A stretch of DNA of 64,000 nucleotides from the NCBI GenBank assembly GCA_944390485.1, contig CALXPQ010000004.1:33985-97984 (forward strand), written 5' to 3'. Under the pieces are notes generated by a model, which did not search any database, was not told the DNA's origin, and was given only the letters and a program-made list of their open reading frames with translations. The first letter of the stretch is position 1, and each line of letters begins with the position of its first letter. A program made the position numbers and the translations under genes. This stretch comes from Veillonellales bacterium. GTDB lineage: Bacteria > Bacillota > Negativicutes > Veillonellales > Dialisteraceae. Shown one piece after another: positions 26,549 through 34,985 of this stretch.

Positions 26549-26931
26549 CCGTTCTCCGACGTGGTGCCGAAGGACGAATAGGTCACGCCGTTGTACGTGT
26601 ACGTCACCTCGCCGGACGTGCTGTTCAGGTTGTACGTGTCTCCCTCCACCGGCGGCTTCGGTTCCGCCCGGAGATAGCCGCCCCGGCCGTCCGCCGAATC
26701 CGCCACCAGATCGGTCAGCGCCGACGGGTAGCTCCCATTCTTCGCGTAGTAAATTTCCACCGCCGAGCCGATGGTGGACAGATCCGCCTGGATGCGCGCC
26801 GCCCGCGCTTCGTCCGTCGCGTCGATGAAGCTCGGCACGGCCACCGCCGCCAGAATCCCGATGATTGCCACCACGATCATCAGCTCGATCAGTGTGAAGC
26901 CCCGGCGTACCCGCCGCATGTTCCGTTTCAT
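26545..26931 (-). CDS. pilA: type IV major pilin / pseudopilin
   Basis: It has the canonical class III signal MKRNMRRVRRG-FTLIELMIVVAIIGILAAVAVP. The start is at 26931 with a GGGAGG RBS. Confidence 0.85.
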   Translation of the reverse strand: MKRNMRRVRRGFTLIELMIVVAIIGILAAVAVPSFIDATDEARAARIQADLSTIGSAVEIYYAKNGSYPSALTDLVADSADGRGGYLRAEPKPPVEGDTYNLNSTSGEVTYTYNGVTYSSFGTTSENG

Positions 26932-27115
26932 AGGCACCTCCCATGCATTCTGCTGCTGCAACTCTGTATTTCCTTTATGATTTCAGCTTACGCCCTGCGA
27001 AAGCGGCCGGCGGAAAGGGAAGGGGCGTGTCCGCACTTTCCCGCGCGTAATCTCTCTAATGAATGTGGCGGAAAAAAGCCCGCAAAAAAAGACGGCCCCT
27101 CAGGGGACCGCCCTT

Positions 27116-27637
27116 TTATTTTTTTCGCGGCTTTGGGAAATGGAACCGCGCCATGTCGAATCCTTCCAGCCGGAGGAGCGCCGCCTTCCGCTCGAGGCCG
27201 CCCGCATAGCCAGTGAGGCTTCCTGAAGCGCCCACCACGCGGTGGCACGGCACGATGAGCGACACGGGATTGCGGCCCACCGCGCCGCCCAAAGCCTGTG
27301 CCGACAGTTTCGCGGGGCCCCGTTCCTGCGCGAGGTCCGCCGCCAACGCGCCGTAAGTCGCCGTCGTGCCGTAGGGGATGGCGAGGAGCCGCCGCCACAC
27401 CGCCCGCTGAAACGCGGTGCCCGTGAGATGGAGCGGCGGCGTGAAGTCCGGCCGGCGGCCGGAAAAATACACCGCGAGCCACCGCCGGGCCGCCTCGATG
27501 GCGTCCGCCCCGCCGCGCCCGCCGGGGAGCGTCCGGGGCGCATGCCGGCTTCCTTCGAACCAGAGCCCGCAGAGGCCTTCCTCATCCGCGGCGAGCCATA
27601 CCGCGCCGAGCGGCGTCATGACCTGTGCCATAGCCAT
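27116..27637 (-). CDS. ogt: methylated-DNA--protein-cysteine methyltransferase
   Basis: The active site is IVPCHRVVGASGSLTGYAGGLERK. The start is at MAMAQV (27637), downstream of GGAGGGGAGG. Confidence 0.85.
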   Translation of the reverse strand: MAMAQVMTPLGAVWLAADEEGLCGLWFEGSRHAPRTLPGGRGGADAIEAARRWLAVYFSGRRPDFTPPLHLTGTAFQRAVWRRLLAIPYGTTATYGALAADLAQERGPAKLSAQALGGAVGRNPVSLIVPCHRVVGASGSLTGYAGGLERKAALLRLEGFDMARFHFPKPRKK

Positions 27638-28047
27638 GGGCCATCCCTCCCCTCCTGTCCATAGCGATAAAAACTGGCGCGAAAAAATTTGTGTACAAAA
27701 GGCAGAAGCCCTGCTTCTCCCGCCGCTGATGCGGCACCGATTCCCTTGTGAAAATTCCTTCAAAAAAGGGACGAAGCCGGGGCGTCTTTTTCCTGGTGCA
27801 GTTAGAAAGATAACGAAACGAACGCTCGATTTTAGAAATACCCCGGTTATTAGGCATCGGCCGCCTTATTTTTAACCGGCATAAAACTGTAAAGGTTAGA
27901 CGCGGTCTGTCCTTTTACTCCTTTTTCTCCATGTGCCGGAGCCGCCGATTTTCCCCCTTTTCAGCCCGTTTTGACGCGGAATTGACGCGTTTTTCCTATG
28001 TCAAATCGGCAAAATGCGGAAACGCGTTACGGATTTTGCATAGGTGG

Positions 28048-29379
28048 TTACGAATGTTCCTGTGTCCTGCGGTCTTCGATGACGGACGACAAGACGGAGA
28101 CGGCGTAAAGGGGCAGGTTGATCAGCGTGTCCTGCTGCCGGTAATCGGACAGGGAGAGGCGCACGCCGAAGGGCAGATGATTGGAGGCGGTGAAGCTTTT
28201 CAGGCTCTTGGCCCGCAGATTTTCAGCGGCTTTGACTTCGAGAGGCACGATGCCCTGCCCCTGCTGGATCAGGAAATCGATCTCTCCGCTGGACGATTCG
28301 GCGGACCAGTAGTACGGCGTGAGGTGGAGGGTGGAGAGAAGCTGCTGGCAGACGTACTGTTCCGTGAGCGCTCCTTTGAATTCCGTAAAAATGGTGTTTC
28401 CCTCGAGCAAGGTCTTTTCATCGAGGTCCGCCATGGCGGAGAGAAGCCCCACGTCGCAGAGGAACAATTTGAATGCGCCGAAATCTTCGTAGGATTTCAG
28501 CGGAAATCCGCCCCGGGTCACACGCGGCACACGGCAGCACAGGCCGCAGTCTTCCAGCCACTGGATAGCGGTTTCGAATTCACGGGCCCGCGCGCCTTTC
28601 CGGAGGACGCTGTAGATGAATTTCTTGTTTTCTTTGGCAAGCTGCGCGGGGATGCCGTTCCACACCATGCGGATGCGCGGAATGAGCACAGTCGGTACAT
28701 GTTTGGAAAAGTCCTGCTCGTAGTCGCTGAGAAGCTGCTTCTGGATGCGCCGCACTTCTGAAAAATCGCGGCGGGCCTGATAGGCCGCGTCCGCAGCCGG
28801 CATGCCGCCTGTGAAATAATAGGTTTTCAGCCATTCGGCGAAGCGCTCCCGGAAAGCGGAAATCATGGACCAGTCGCGGGACTCGAGCAGAGACAGCAGT
28901 CCATCCTCGCCCATGGCGCGGAGAAATTCCGGGAAGGACAGCGGATAGAGCGGCAGCGTCTCCACTTTGCCCACCGGGAAGGAAAGGCCCGCGTGGAGCG
29001 CGATGCCTAGCAGAGAGCCGGCGGCAAGGATATAGAAGGAATGGGTTTCGTCTTCGGCAAAATATTTCAGCGCCTGGATGGCTTCCGGGACTTCCTGGAT
29101 CTCATCAAAGAGGATGAGCGTCTGTTCCGGGTCGATGGGCATGCCGCATTCCAGCGAGAGCCCGCGCAGGAGGCGGGGGATAGAAAGTTCTCCGGAGAAG
29201 AGCGCTTTCATCCGTTCATTCCTGTCGAAATTGATATAGGCCGTGTGGGGGAAATGCCGCCGGCCAAATTCTTTCATGAGCCATGTCTTGCCCACCTGCC
29301 GTGCGCCGCAGAGGATCAGAGGCAGCCGGCGGGGCTGTTCCTTCCAGCGGAGAAGCGCGTTCATTGCCTGTCGTTCCAT
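28048..29379 (-). CDS. AAA+ ATPase with DUF4143 C-terminal domain
   Basis: It has a Walker A (LILCGARQVGKTWL) and a Walker B-like LILFDEIQ. The layout is typical AAA_14/DUF4143. Its GC content is visibly lower than its neighbours. The start is at 29379 (AAAGGAG RBS). Confidence 0.75.
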   Translation of the reverse strand: MERQAMNALLRWKEQPRRLPLILCGARQVGKTWLMKEFGRRHFPHTAYINFDRNERMKALFSGELSIPRLLRGLSLECGMPIDPEQTLILFDEIQEVPEAIQALKYFAEDETHSFYILAAGSLLGIALHAGLSFPVGKVETLPLYPLSFPEFLRAMGEDGLLSLLESRDWSMISAFRERFAEWLKTYYFTGGMPAADAAYQARRDFSEVRRIQKQLLSDYEQDFSKHVPTVLIPRIRMVWNGIPAQLAKENKKFIYSVLRKGARAREFETAIQWLEDCGLCCRVPRVTRGGFPLKSYEDFGAFKLFLCDVGLLSAMADLDEKTLLEGNTIFTEFKGALTEQYVCQQLLSTLHLTPYYWSAESSSGEIDFLIQQGQGIVPLEVKAAENLRAKSLKSFTASNHLPFGVRLSLSDYRQQDTLINLPLYAVSVLSSVIEDRRTQEHS

Positions 29380-29585
29380 ACATTTTCTCCTTTCTGTCTG
29401 TATTATGAAAGGAGAAATCACAAAATTCAAGGGTAATTACGTTGTGAATTCCATTTTTTCGTCGGTAAAAATGGAGATCGCTTGGATTTTCCGCGGATTT
29501 CAAAAATGGGATCGAGTTGAAACCATGAAGGCCGCACGGCCGGCGGGGAAGATTTATAATAAGAGGCAAGAAGGGAGGCGGGCGT

Positions 29586-30725
29586 ATGGAGGAGCTCATG
29601 GCGGCTTCGGCGGAGACGGCGATGAATGAGATCTGCCGGCAGGCGGTGCGCGAAGGGGCGAGCGACATCCACATCGAGCCGGGGCGGAATGCGGTGCGCG
29701 TGCGGTTCCGCCGGGACGGCCTCCTAGAGGAGCGGTACACCCTGCGGAAGCACATGGCGGAGAAGCTGGCCGTACGGTGCAAGGTGATGGGCCGCATGAA
29801 TGTGGCGGAGGCGCGGGTGCCGCAGGACGGGAGCGCGGTCTTCACGGAGGACGGCGAGGACTACGACCTGCGCCTGTCCGTGCTGCCGTCCATGTACGGC
29901 GAGACCATCGTCATCCGCATCCTGTCCGGGCGCGTGGCGTTCATCGAGCGTCATGAGCTGGGCATGCTCCCGGAGCAGGAGGCGGCGTTCCGCCGGTGCC
30001 TCGCCGGGCGGAGCGGGATGATCCTCACCACGGGCCCCACGGGTTCGGGCAAGACGTCCACGCTCTACGCGGCGCTGAAACTCCTGAACCGGCCGGAGGT
30101 GAGCATCATTTCCGTAGAAGACCCGGTGGAGTACCGCATTCTGGGCATTACGCAGGTGGCGGTGAATGAGAAGGCGGGCCTCACCTTCGCCGCGGGGCTG
30201 CGCGCGCTGGTGCGGCAGGACCCGGACATCCTCATGATCGGCGAGATCCGCGACCGGGAGACGGCGGAAATGGCGGTGCACGCCGCGCTCACGGGGCATC
30301 TGGTGCTGTCGTCGCTCCACACGAACAACGCGGTGCAGGCGCCGCTCCGCCTGATGGACATGGGCGTGCCGCCGTACCTCATCGCGGCTTCGCTGTCCCT
30401 CGTCATTTCCCAGCGGCTCGTGCGCCGGCTCTGCCCGCACTGCCGCGCACGGGAGGGCGCGTATTTCACCGCGCCGGGGTGCGGAGCCTGCGGCGGCACG
30501 GGACGGCAGGGACGCACGGGAATCTTTGAAATGCTGGAAATCGACGGCGAGGCGCGGACGCTTCTCCACGACGCGGCACCGCCGTCTGCGCTGTGGATCT
30601 GCATGAAGCGCTCCGGTCAGCCGGACATGGCGGAAGCGGCCCGCCGCGCTGCGCTCGAGGGGCGCATCACCGCAGAGGACGCCGCGTGGATTGCCGGTGA
30701 GGCGGAGGAGACGATCGCCCTGTGA
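29586..30725 (+). CDS. pilB: type IV pilus assembly ATPase (GspE/PilB family, short ComGA-like form)
   Basis: It has Walker A TGPTGSGKTST, Asp box and Walker B DILMIGEIRD, His box LSSLHTN, and the tetracysteine motif CPHC...CGAC. Confidence 0.85.
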   Translation: MEELMAASAETAMNEICRQAVREGASDIHIEPGRNAVRVRFRRDGLLEERYTLRKHMAEKLAVRCKVMGRMNVAEARVPQDGSAVFTEDGEDYDLRLSVLPSMYGETIVIRILSGRVAFIERHELGMLPEQEAAFRRCLAGRSGMILTTGPTGSGKTSTLYAALKLLNRPEVSIISVEDPVEYRILGITQVAVNEKAGLTFAAGLRALVRQDPDILMIGEIRDRETAEMAVHAALTGHLVLSSLHTNNAVQAPLRLMDMGVPPYLIAASLSLVISQRLVRRLCPHCRAREGAYFTAPGCGACGGTGRQGRTGIFEMLEIDGEARTLLHDAAPPSALWICMKRSGQPDMAEAARRAALEGRITAEDAAWIAGEAEETIAL

Positions 30726-30748
30726 ACGGGACGGGAAGGAGGCAGACC

Positions 30749-31750
30749 ATGGACTGGCTGGCATCGGTGCTCGCCGCGCATCCCCGCGCGACGGACATCC
30801 ACATCACGGAGGGGGCGGCGCTCCTCGTACGGGAAGATGGCGCGCTTCAGGAGGCCGGGCCTGCGGGAGACCGGGCGGCCGCGCTGGAGGCGGGGCTCCC
30901 GCCGGAGAAGCGGGAGCAGTTCCTCCGCACCGGCGCGTGCGACAGCGCGTTTTCTCTGGGCGGCGTGCGGTGCCGTCTCCATCTGTACCGCGCCTGCGGG
31001 CGGCGCGCCGCGGCGGTGCGGCTCCTGCCTTCGCTGGACGGCCTGCCGCCGGACGGGGACTGGGACTGGATCGAGGATACGGCGGCGCTCACGGACGGGC
31101 TCGTCCTCGTGGCCGGCCCGGCCGGTTCGGGGAAGAGCACCGCGCTCGCGCGGCTGGTGCTCGCCGTGAGCCGCCGGCCGTGCCACATCGTCACCATCGA
31201 GGACCCGCCGGAGTATCTCTTTCCCTCCGGCCCGGCGCTCGTCCATCAGCGCGAAGTGGGGATCGACACGGCGACTTTTGCGTCCGGCGTGAAGGAAGCG
31301 CTCCGGGAAGACCCGGACGTGCTGGTCGTCGGCGAGCTCCGGGACAGCGAAACCATGGCGGCGGCTCTCGCGGCGGCGGAGACGGGCCGCCTCGTGCTCG
31401 CCACGCTCCACAGCGGGAACGCCGCCGGCATCGTGGGGCGCATCGTCCACGCGTTCCCCGCGGAGAAGGAGCGGGAGATCCGCGCGCTCCTCGCGTCGGT
31501 CCTGCGCACGGCGGCCGCGCAGCGGCTCTGCCGCCTCGGGAGCCGCACGTTCCTCCTGCGGGAGATCCTCACGAATCTCCCCGCGGTGGCGCATCTCATC
31601 CGCGAAGGGAAGGACGAGCAGATTCCCTCGTACATGGAAATGGGCCGGCAGCACATGCGCACCATGAAGCAGGCCGCTTCGCGCCTCCTGTGGAAGGAAA
31701 CGCTCTCGGCGGACGAGAAGGAAACAATCCGCCGGCTCGCAGGCGGGTAA
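30749..31750 (+). CDS. pilT: twitching-motility-type retraction ATPase (PilT family)
   Basis: It has Walker A AGPAGSGKST, HIVTIEDPPEY, Walker B VLVVGELRD and ATLHSGN. The start is at 30749 with a GGAAGGAGG RBS. Confidence 0.8.
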   Translation: MDWLASVLAAHPRATDIHITEGAALLVREDGALQEAGPAGDRAAALEAGLPPEKREQFLRTGACDSAFSLGGVRCRLHLYRACGRRAAAVRLLPSLDGLPPDGDWDWIEDTAALTDGLVLVAGPAGSGKSTALARLVLAVSRRPCHIVTIEDPPEYLFPSGPALVHQREVGIDTATFASGVKEALREDPDVLVVGELRDSETMAAALAAAETGRLVLATLHSGNAAGIVGRIVHAFPAEKEREIRALLASVLRTAAAQRLCRLGSRTFLLREILTNLPAVAHLIREGKDEQIPSYMEMGRQHMRTMKQAASRLLWKETLSADEKETIRRLAGG

Positions 31751-31763
31751 ATGGCGGACAAGC

Positions 31764-31808
31764 AAAAATCCCTGATGCCTTTGACGGGTATCAGGGATTT
31801 CTTTTTTG
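31764..31808. terminator. bidirectional intrinsic terminator between the convergent pilT and PH-domain genes
   Basis: A 10-bp stem AATCCCTGAT (31767-31776) pairs with ATCAGGGATT (31790-31799), flanked by A and T runs. Confidence 0.7.
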
Positions 31809-31816
31809 TCCGGCGC

Positions 31817-32191
31817 TCAGCCGATGTGCTGCGCCATGATCCGGGCGATCTCCCGGATGTCGATGGTGCCGCGGAGGAATTCAAATTCCACCCGGCCGAT
31901 GCCGGAGCTCCACACGTTGAGCTCGGCGTCCACTTCGAAGGTGCCGCTCGACTCGACGGAGTAGGCGGTCATCTTCGAGAAGGGGAGGACGAGGAGCTCC
32001 CGCTTCTTGCCGGTGAGGCCCTGCACGTTGAGGGCGATGATCTTGCGGTCCGTGATGACGCAGAGGTCGCGGATGGATTTGAATTCCATGAGGACCGTCT
32101 CGCCCGGCGCGAGGACGAAATCGTATTTGTCCCGGTTCGAGCCGGGCGGGGCAGAGGTGAGGTTGTGCAGTTCCAGTGCGCTGTCAGCCAT
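31817..32191 (-). CDS. bacterial PH-domain protein (YokE-like)
   Basis: This is the internal start MADSALELHNL... (AAGGAGG RBS) at the 3' end of track ORF 31817-33397. The segment FVLAPGETVLMEFKSIRDLCVITDRKIIALNVQG is typical of bPH domains. Confidence 0.6.
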   Translation of the reverse strand: MADSALELHNLTSAPPGSNRDKYDFVLAPGETVLMEFKSIRDLCVITDRKIIALNVQGLTGKKRELLVLPFSKMTAYSVESSGTFEVDAELNVWSSGIGRVEFEFLRGTIDIREIARIMAQHIG

Positions 32192-32202
32192 GGTGAGCCT
32201 CC

Positions 32203-32538
32203 TTATTTTCCGGAATAAATGATGAGCGCCATCATGACGAGGTCCGTGCTGCCGATATTTTCGATGGCGTGGCTGTGGCCGTCCGGGCAGAACGTAGCAT
32301 CCCCGGGGCCGACCTCCCGGCTCTCGCCGTCGCCGGTGTAGAGGCCTCTGCCTTCGAGGATGTAGTAGGACTCGCCGTCGCCGTGATGGGTATGGGTCCC
32401 CATGGAGCTGCCCGCGGGGATGGTGACGCGCGCGTAGAGGCGGCATTTCCCGCCCATTTCCTCTTCGGAGAGGATGGGCTGGATGATGAGGCGGCCCTTG
32501 CCGCCGTTGGCGTTTTCTCTGATGATGGGTTCCAGCAT
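32203..32538 (-). CDS. cupin-domain protein
   Basis: The two-His cupin motifs are GTHTHHGDGESYYILEG and PDGHSHAIEN. Confidence 0.75.
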   Translation of the reverse strand: MLEPIIRENANGGKGRLIIQPILSEEEMGGKCRLYARVTIPAGSSMGTHTHHGDGESYYILEGRGLYTGDGESREVGPGDATFCPDGHSHAIENIGSTDLVMMALIIYSGK

Positions 32539-32604
32539 GTGCAGTGCTCCTTTCTGTTGATCCTGTCTGTATTATATCATCGCCGCCGGGCGCGGCGGGC
32601 ACAG

Positions 32605-32640
32605 AAAAACACGGCCCTGCGGAAGAGCCGTGTTCTTTTT
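32605..32640 (-). terminator. intrinsic terminator (bidirectional)
   Basis: Stem AACACGGC (32609-32615) pairs with GCCGTGTT (32627-32634), with flanking A and T runs. Confidence 0.6.
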
Positions 32641-33288
32641 TTACTGGTTGTCCACGAAGATCTGGGCAGCCGCTTTGTAGGAGAGGGAGTAATCCTTCCC
32701 GCCGGAGGTGAAGAGGACGGGCCCTTCGTAGGGTTCCTTCGCCTGCATGGTGATGGCCATGCCCATGACAATGCCCGAATCCTGGAGGTAGTCCATGAGC
32801 TCCGAGTCTTCCCGGCAGCAGCGGATGTGGGAGGTCTCGCCGGGCGCGAGGTCGAGCAGCGGGCGGCGCGCTTCCGGGGCGCGGGTGCCGTCCTTCTTCG
32901 GGATGGGCATGCCGTGCGGGCAGTAGGCGGGGTAGCCGAGGAATTCGTCCAGCCGGTCCGCCGCCTTCTCGGAGATGTGGTGCTCCAGGTCGTGCGCTTC
33001 CCGGTGCGCCTCGCTCCAGCGGAAGCCCAGGCACCGCACGAGGAAGACTTCCCACAGGCCGTAGTAGCGGATGAGCCGGGAGGCGGCCATGCGCCCCTTC
33101 AGGGTGAGGCGGCTCCCCTTGTAGGCGGTGTACTCGATGAAGCCTTCCTTCTGCAGCTTCACGATCATCTCGCTCACGGACGGCGGCGAGACCCGGAGCA
33201 TGTCGGACAGCTCCTTGTTCGATACGACGTGCCCGTCGTCGCCCAGCGAGTACAGGGCTTTCAGATAATCTTCTTTCCCGGATGTCAT
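32641..33288 (-). CDS. DtxR/MntR-family metal-dependent transcriptional regulator with a FeoA-like C-terminal domain
   Basis: EDYLKALYSLGDDGHVVSNKELSDMLRVSPPSVSEMIVKLQKEGFI is the DtxR N-terminal HTH. The metal-binding and dimerisation region follows. Confidence 0.8.
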   Translation of the reverse strand: MTSGKEDYLKALYSLGDDGHVVSNKELSDMLRVSPPSVSEMIVKLQKEGFIEYTAYKGSRLTLKGRMAASRLIRYYGLWEVFLVRCLGFRWSEAHREAHDLEHHISEKAADRLDEFLGYPAYCPHGMPIPKKDGTRAPEARRPLLDLAPGETSHIRCCREDSELMDYLQDSGIVMGMAITMQAKEPYEGPVLFTSGGKDYSLSYKAAAQIFVDNQ

Positions 33289-33446
33289 GAGACAGGACCT
33301 CCCTCCAATGCAATCGGGCCGCGCAGCGTGTGCAGAAAAAGCAGGACCGAGGTCGTCCCGGTCCGTCCGTGTTCCTTGTTCCTGTTTTTTCCATCATAGC
33401 TCATTTCCGGGGGCGCGTCAAAATTTTGCGCCGGCGCCGCGGGCGG

Positions 33447-34214
33447 TCAGCCCTGCTTCGGCGTGACGGCGAAGACGCGCGCCGGCAGTCCCGTCGCGCC
33501 CTCGATGCGCGGCCAGGCGGCGAAGAGGAGGGCCCCCGCCGGCGCGACGCGGTCCAGATGGCAGAGGACCTCAATCTGCACCTTGCCTCGGGACAGGACG
33601 TAGCGCTCGCACGCCAGGTCCCCGGCCCGGGCCGCCTCGGCGGATGCGTCGGTGTCGAACGTCTCGTGGCCGTTCGCCGCGGCGTTCCTCGTCTCGTAGA
33701 TGTAGCGCAGGGCGGAGAGCGACCAGCCGGGGAAATTTTCGCTGCCGTCTTCCGCGATGCCGGACATGCGGTCCATATCCGGCCAGAAGCGGCTCCAGTC
33801 CGTGCGGAGCGCGACGAACGCGCCGTCCGGGATGGGGCCGTACCGGTCTTCCCAGGCGCGGATGTCCGCCTCCGTTGCGGCGTAGTGCGCATCTTCCCGC
33901 ACCTTGTCCGTGATGTCCACCACGCACAGCGGGTAGACCATGTGCGCCGGGCCGAAGGCTTCCGACGGGGCGGCGCCTTTCACGAAGTGCGCCGGGAAAT
34001 CGATGTGCGTGCCGAACTGGCCGGGGAAGCGGAACGTCTGGATGAGGCATTCCAGCATGGGATTGCCCCAGTCGAAGACGGTCCGGCAGAGATCGACCGA
34101 GCCGTCCGGGATGCCGGACCAGACGGGGGTGTCGTTGTTGAGAGAATGAGAGAGCTCCACCCATTCGTAATCGCTGCGAAGGGCGGCGAGCAGGTTCCAG
34201 AGTGCGTATGCCAT
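33447..34214 (-). CDS. cyclase-family protein (kynurenine formamidase-like fold)
   Basis: The motif QFGTHIDFPAHF matches the HxGTHxDxPxH signature of the putative cyclase family. Confidence 0.7.
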   Translation of the reverse strand: MAYALWNLLAALRSDYEWVELSHSLNNDTPVWSGIPDGSVDLCRTVFDWGNPMLECLIQTFRFPGQFGTHIDFPAHFVKGAAPSEAFGPAHMVYPLCVVDITDKVREDAHYAATEADIRAWEDRYGPIPDGAFVALRTDWSRFWPDMDRMSGIAEDGSENFPGWSLSALRYIYETRNAAANGHETFDTDASAEAARAGDLACERYVLSRGKVQIEVLCHLDRVAPAGALLFAAWPRIEGATGLPARVFAVTPKQG

Positions 34215-34508
34215 ACATGCCTCCTGTCTCCGGCGCGGGCCGGATGGTTTTTCTTTCTTACTCTACCGGAGGAAAGGCGGGCCGTCCATAATGGAATTTC
34301 TATGCCGGCGCAGGGATTTTCTATACCGGGCGCGGCGCGCGGTCCGGTTCCCGCGGCGCTCTTTCTGTGATAAAATGAATTTTCGTATGGGGCGCCCGGC
34401 GCCGGTATGCTATAATAAAAAATATGATTTTTACAGCAGTGAGGGAGAAACCGCCGATCGAAGGAAATCTGTGGTTTCTATTGTCCTGCTCGAAAGGGGC
34501 TGGCGCGC

Positions 34509-34985
34509 ATGGCCATATCCGGAGCGAAAGACGTGATGCTCCGCATCACGAGCCTGCAGGAAGATGAACAGGGCGAGACGGAGCGCATCGTGCTGGAGAC
34601 GCCGGGGCATTTCGGCGTGCGCCGGACGGTGCCGTTCCTCACGTATGAGGAGACGGAGCTCACGGGCATGAAGGGGACGCGGACGACGCTCTTCCTTCAT
34701 CCGGAGTCGGTCAGCCTCGTGCGGACGGGAACCTTCATGATGAAGCAGGAGTACCGCCCGGGCGAGGAGACCTACGCGGTGTGCGAGACGCCGGCGGGCC
34801 TGCTGGAGCTCGCGGTGCGGACGGAGTCCATCGAGAATACGGTCGGCGCGGCCGGCGGGAGCCTGCGCATCGTCTATGATGTGGAGCTCCGCGGACTCTT
34901 CCGGCACAGGAATGAAATATTGGTAGACGTATGGGAGGAAAAGGGGATCCATGGAAGTCAGAGAGGAACTGAAGCAGATCATTGA
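34509..34985 (+). CDS. DUF1934 (YwiB-like) protein
   Basis: It is a small beta-rich protein directly upstream of argS, as ywiB is in Bacillus. It overlaps the argS start by 35 nt. Confidence 0.6.
   Translation: MAISGAKDVMLRITSLQEDEQGETERIVLETPGHFGVRRTVPFLTYEETELTGMKGTRTTLFLHPESVSLVRTGTFMMKQEYRPGEETYAVCETPAGLLELAVRTESIENTVGAAGGSLRIVYDVELRGLFRHRNEILVDVWEEKGIHGSQRGTEADH

Noticed and set aside
26932-27075. A sigma-54 promoter upstream of the major pilin gene.
   Set aside because: A TTGCA element is present, but the nearest upstream GG is 12 nt from the GC rather than the required 10. There is no TGGCAC.
27582-27857. A 91-aa minus-strand ORF in the AT-rich spacer next to ogt.
   Set aside because: It has no RBS and odd composition. 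It runs across a terminator-like hairpin and into the ogt start in another frame.
27638-29585. A chromosomal replication origin at the AT-rich region, where predominant gene orientation switches from minus (left) to plus (right).
   Set aside because: There is no cluster of DnaA boxes; only two 6-7/9 matches to TTATCCACA were seen. No dnaA or dnaN lies nearby, and minus-strand genes resume at 31.8-34.2 kb. GC skew could not be computed by hand, so this stays unsupported.
33289-33446. A DtxR/MntR operator upstream of the metalloregulator gene.
   Set aside because: Only a short GGCGC...GCGCC hairpin is present. No AT-rich interrupted palindrome of the known DtxR or MntR box type was seen.
34215-34508. 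A T-box or other leader upstream of DUF1934-argS.
   Set aside because: There is no GGGTGGTACCGCG-type sequence and no terminator or antiterminator pair. Only an extended -10 (TGCTATAAT) promoter is visible.
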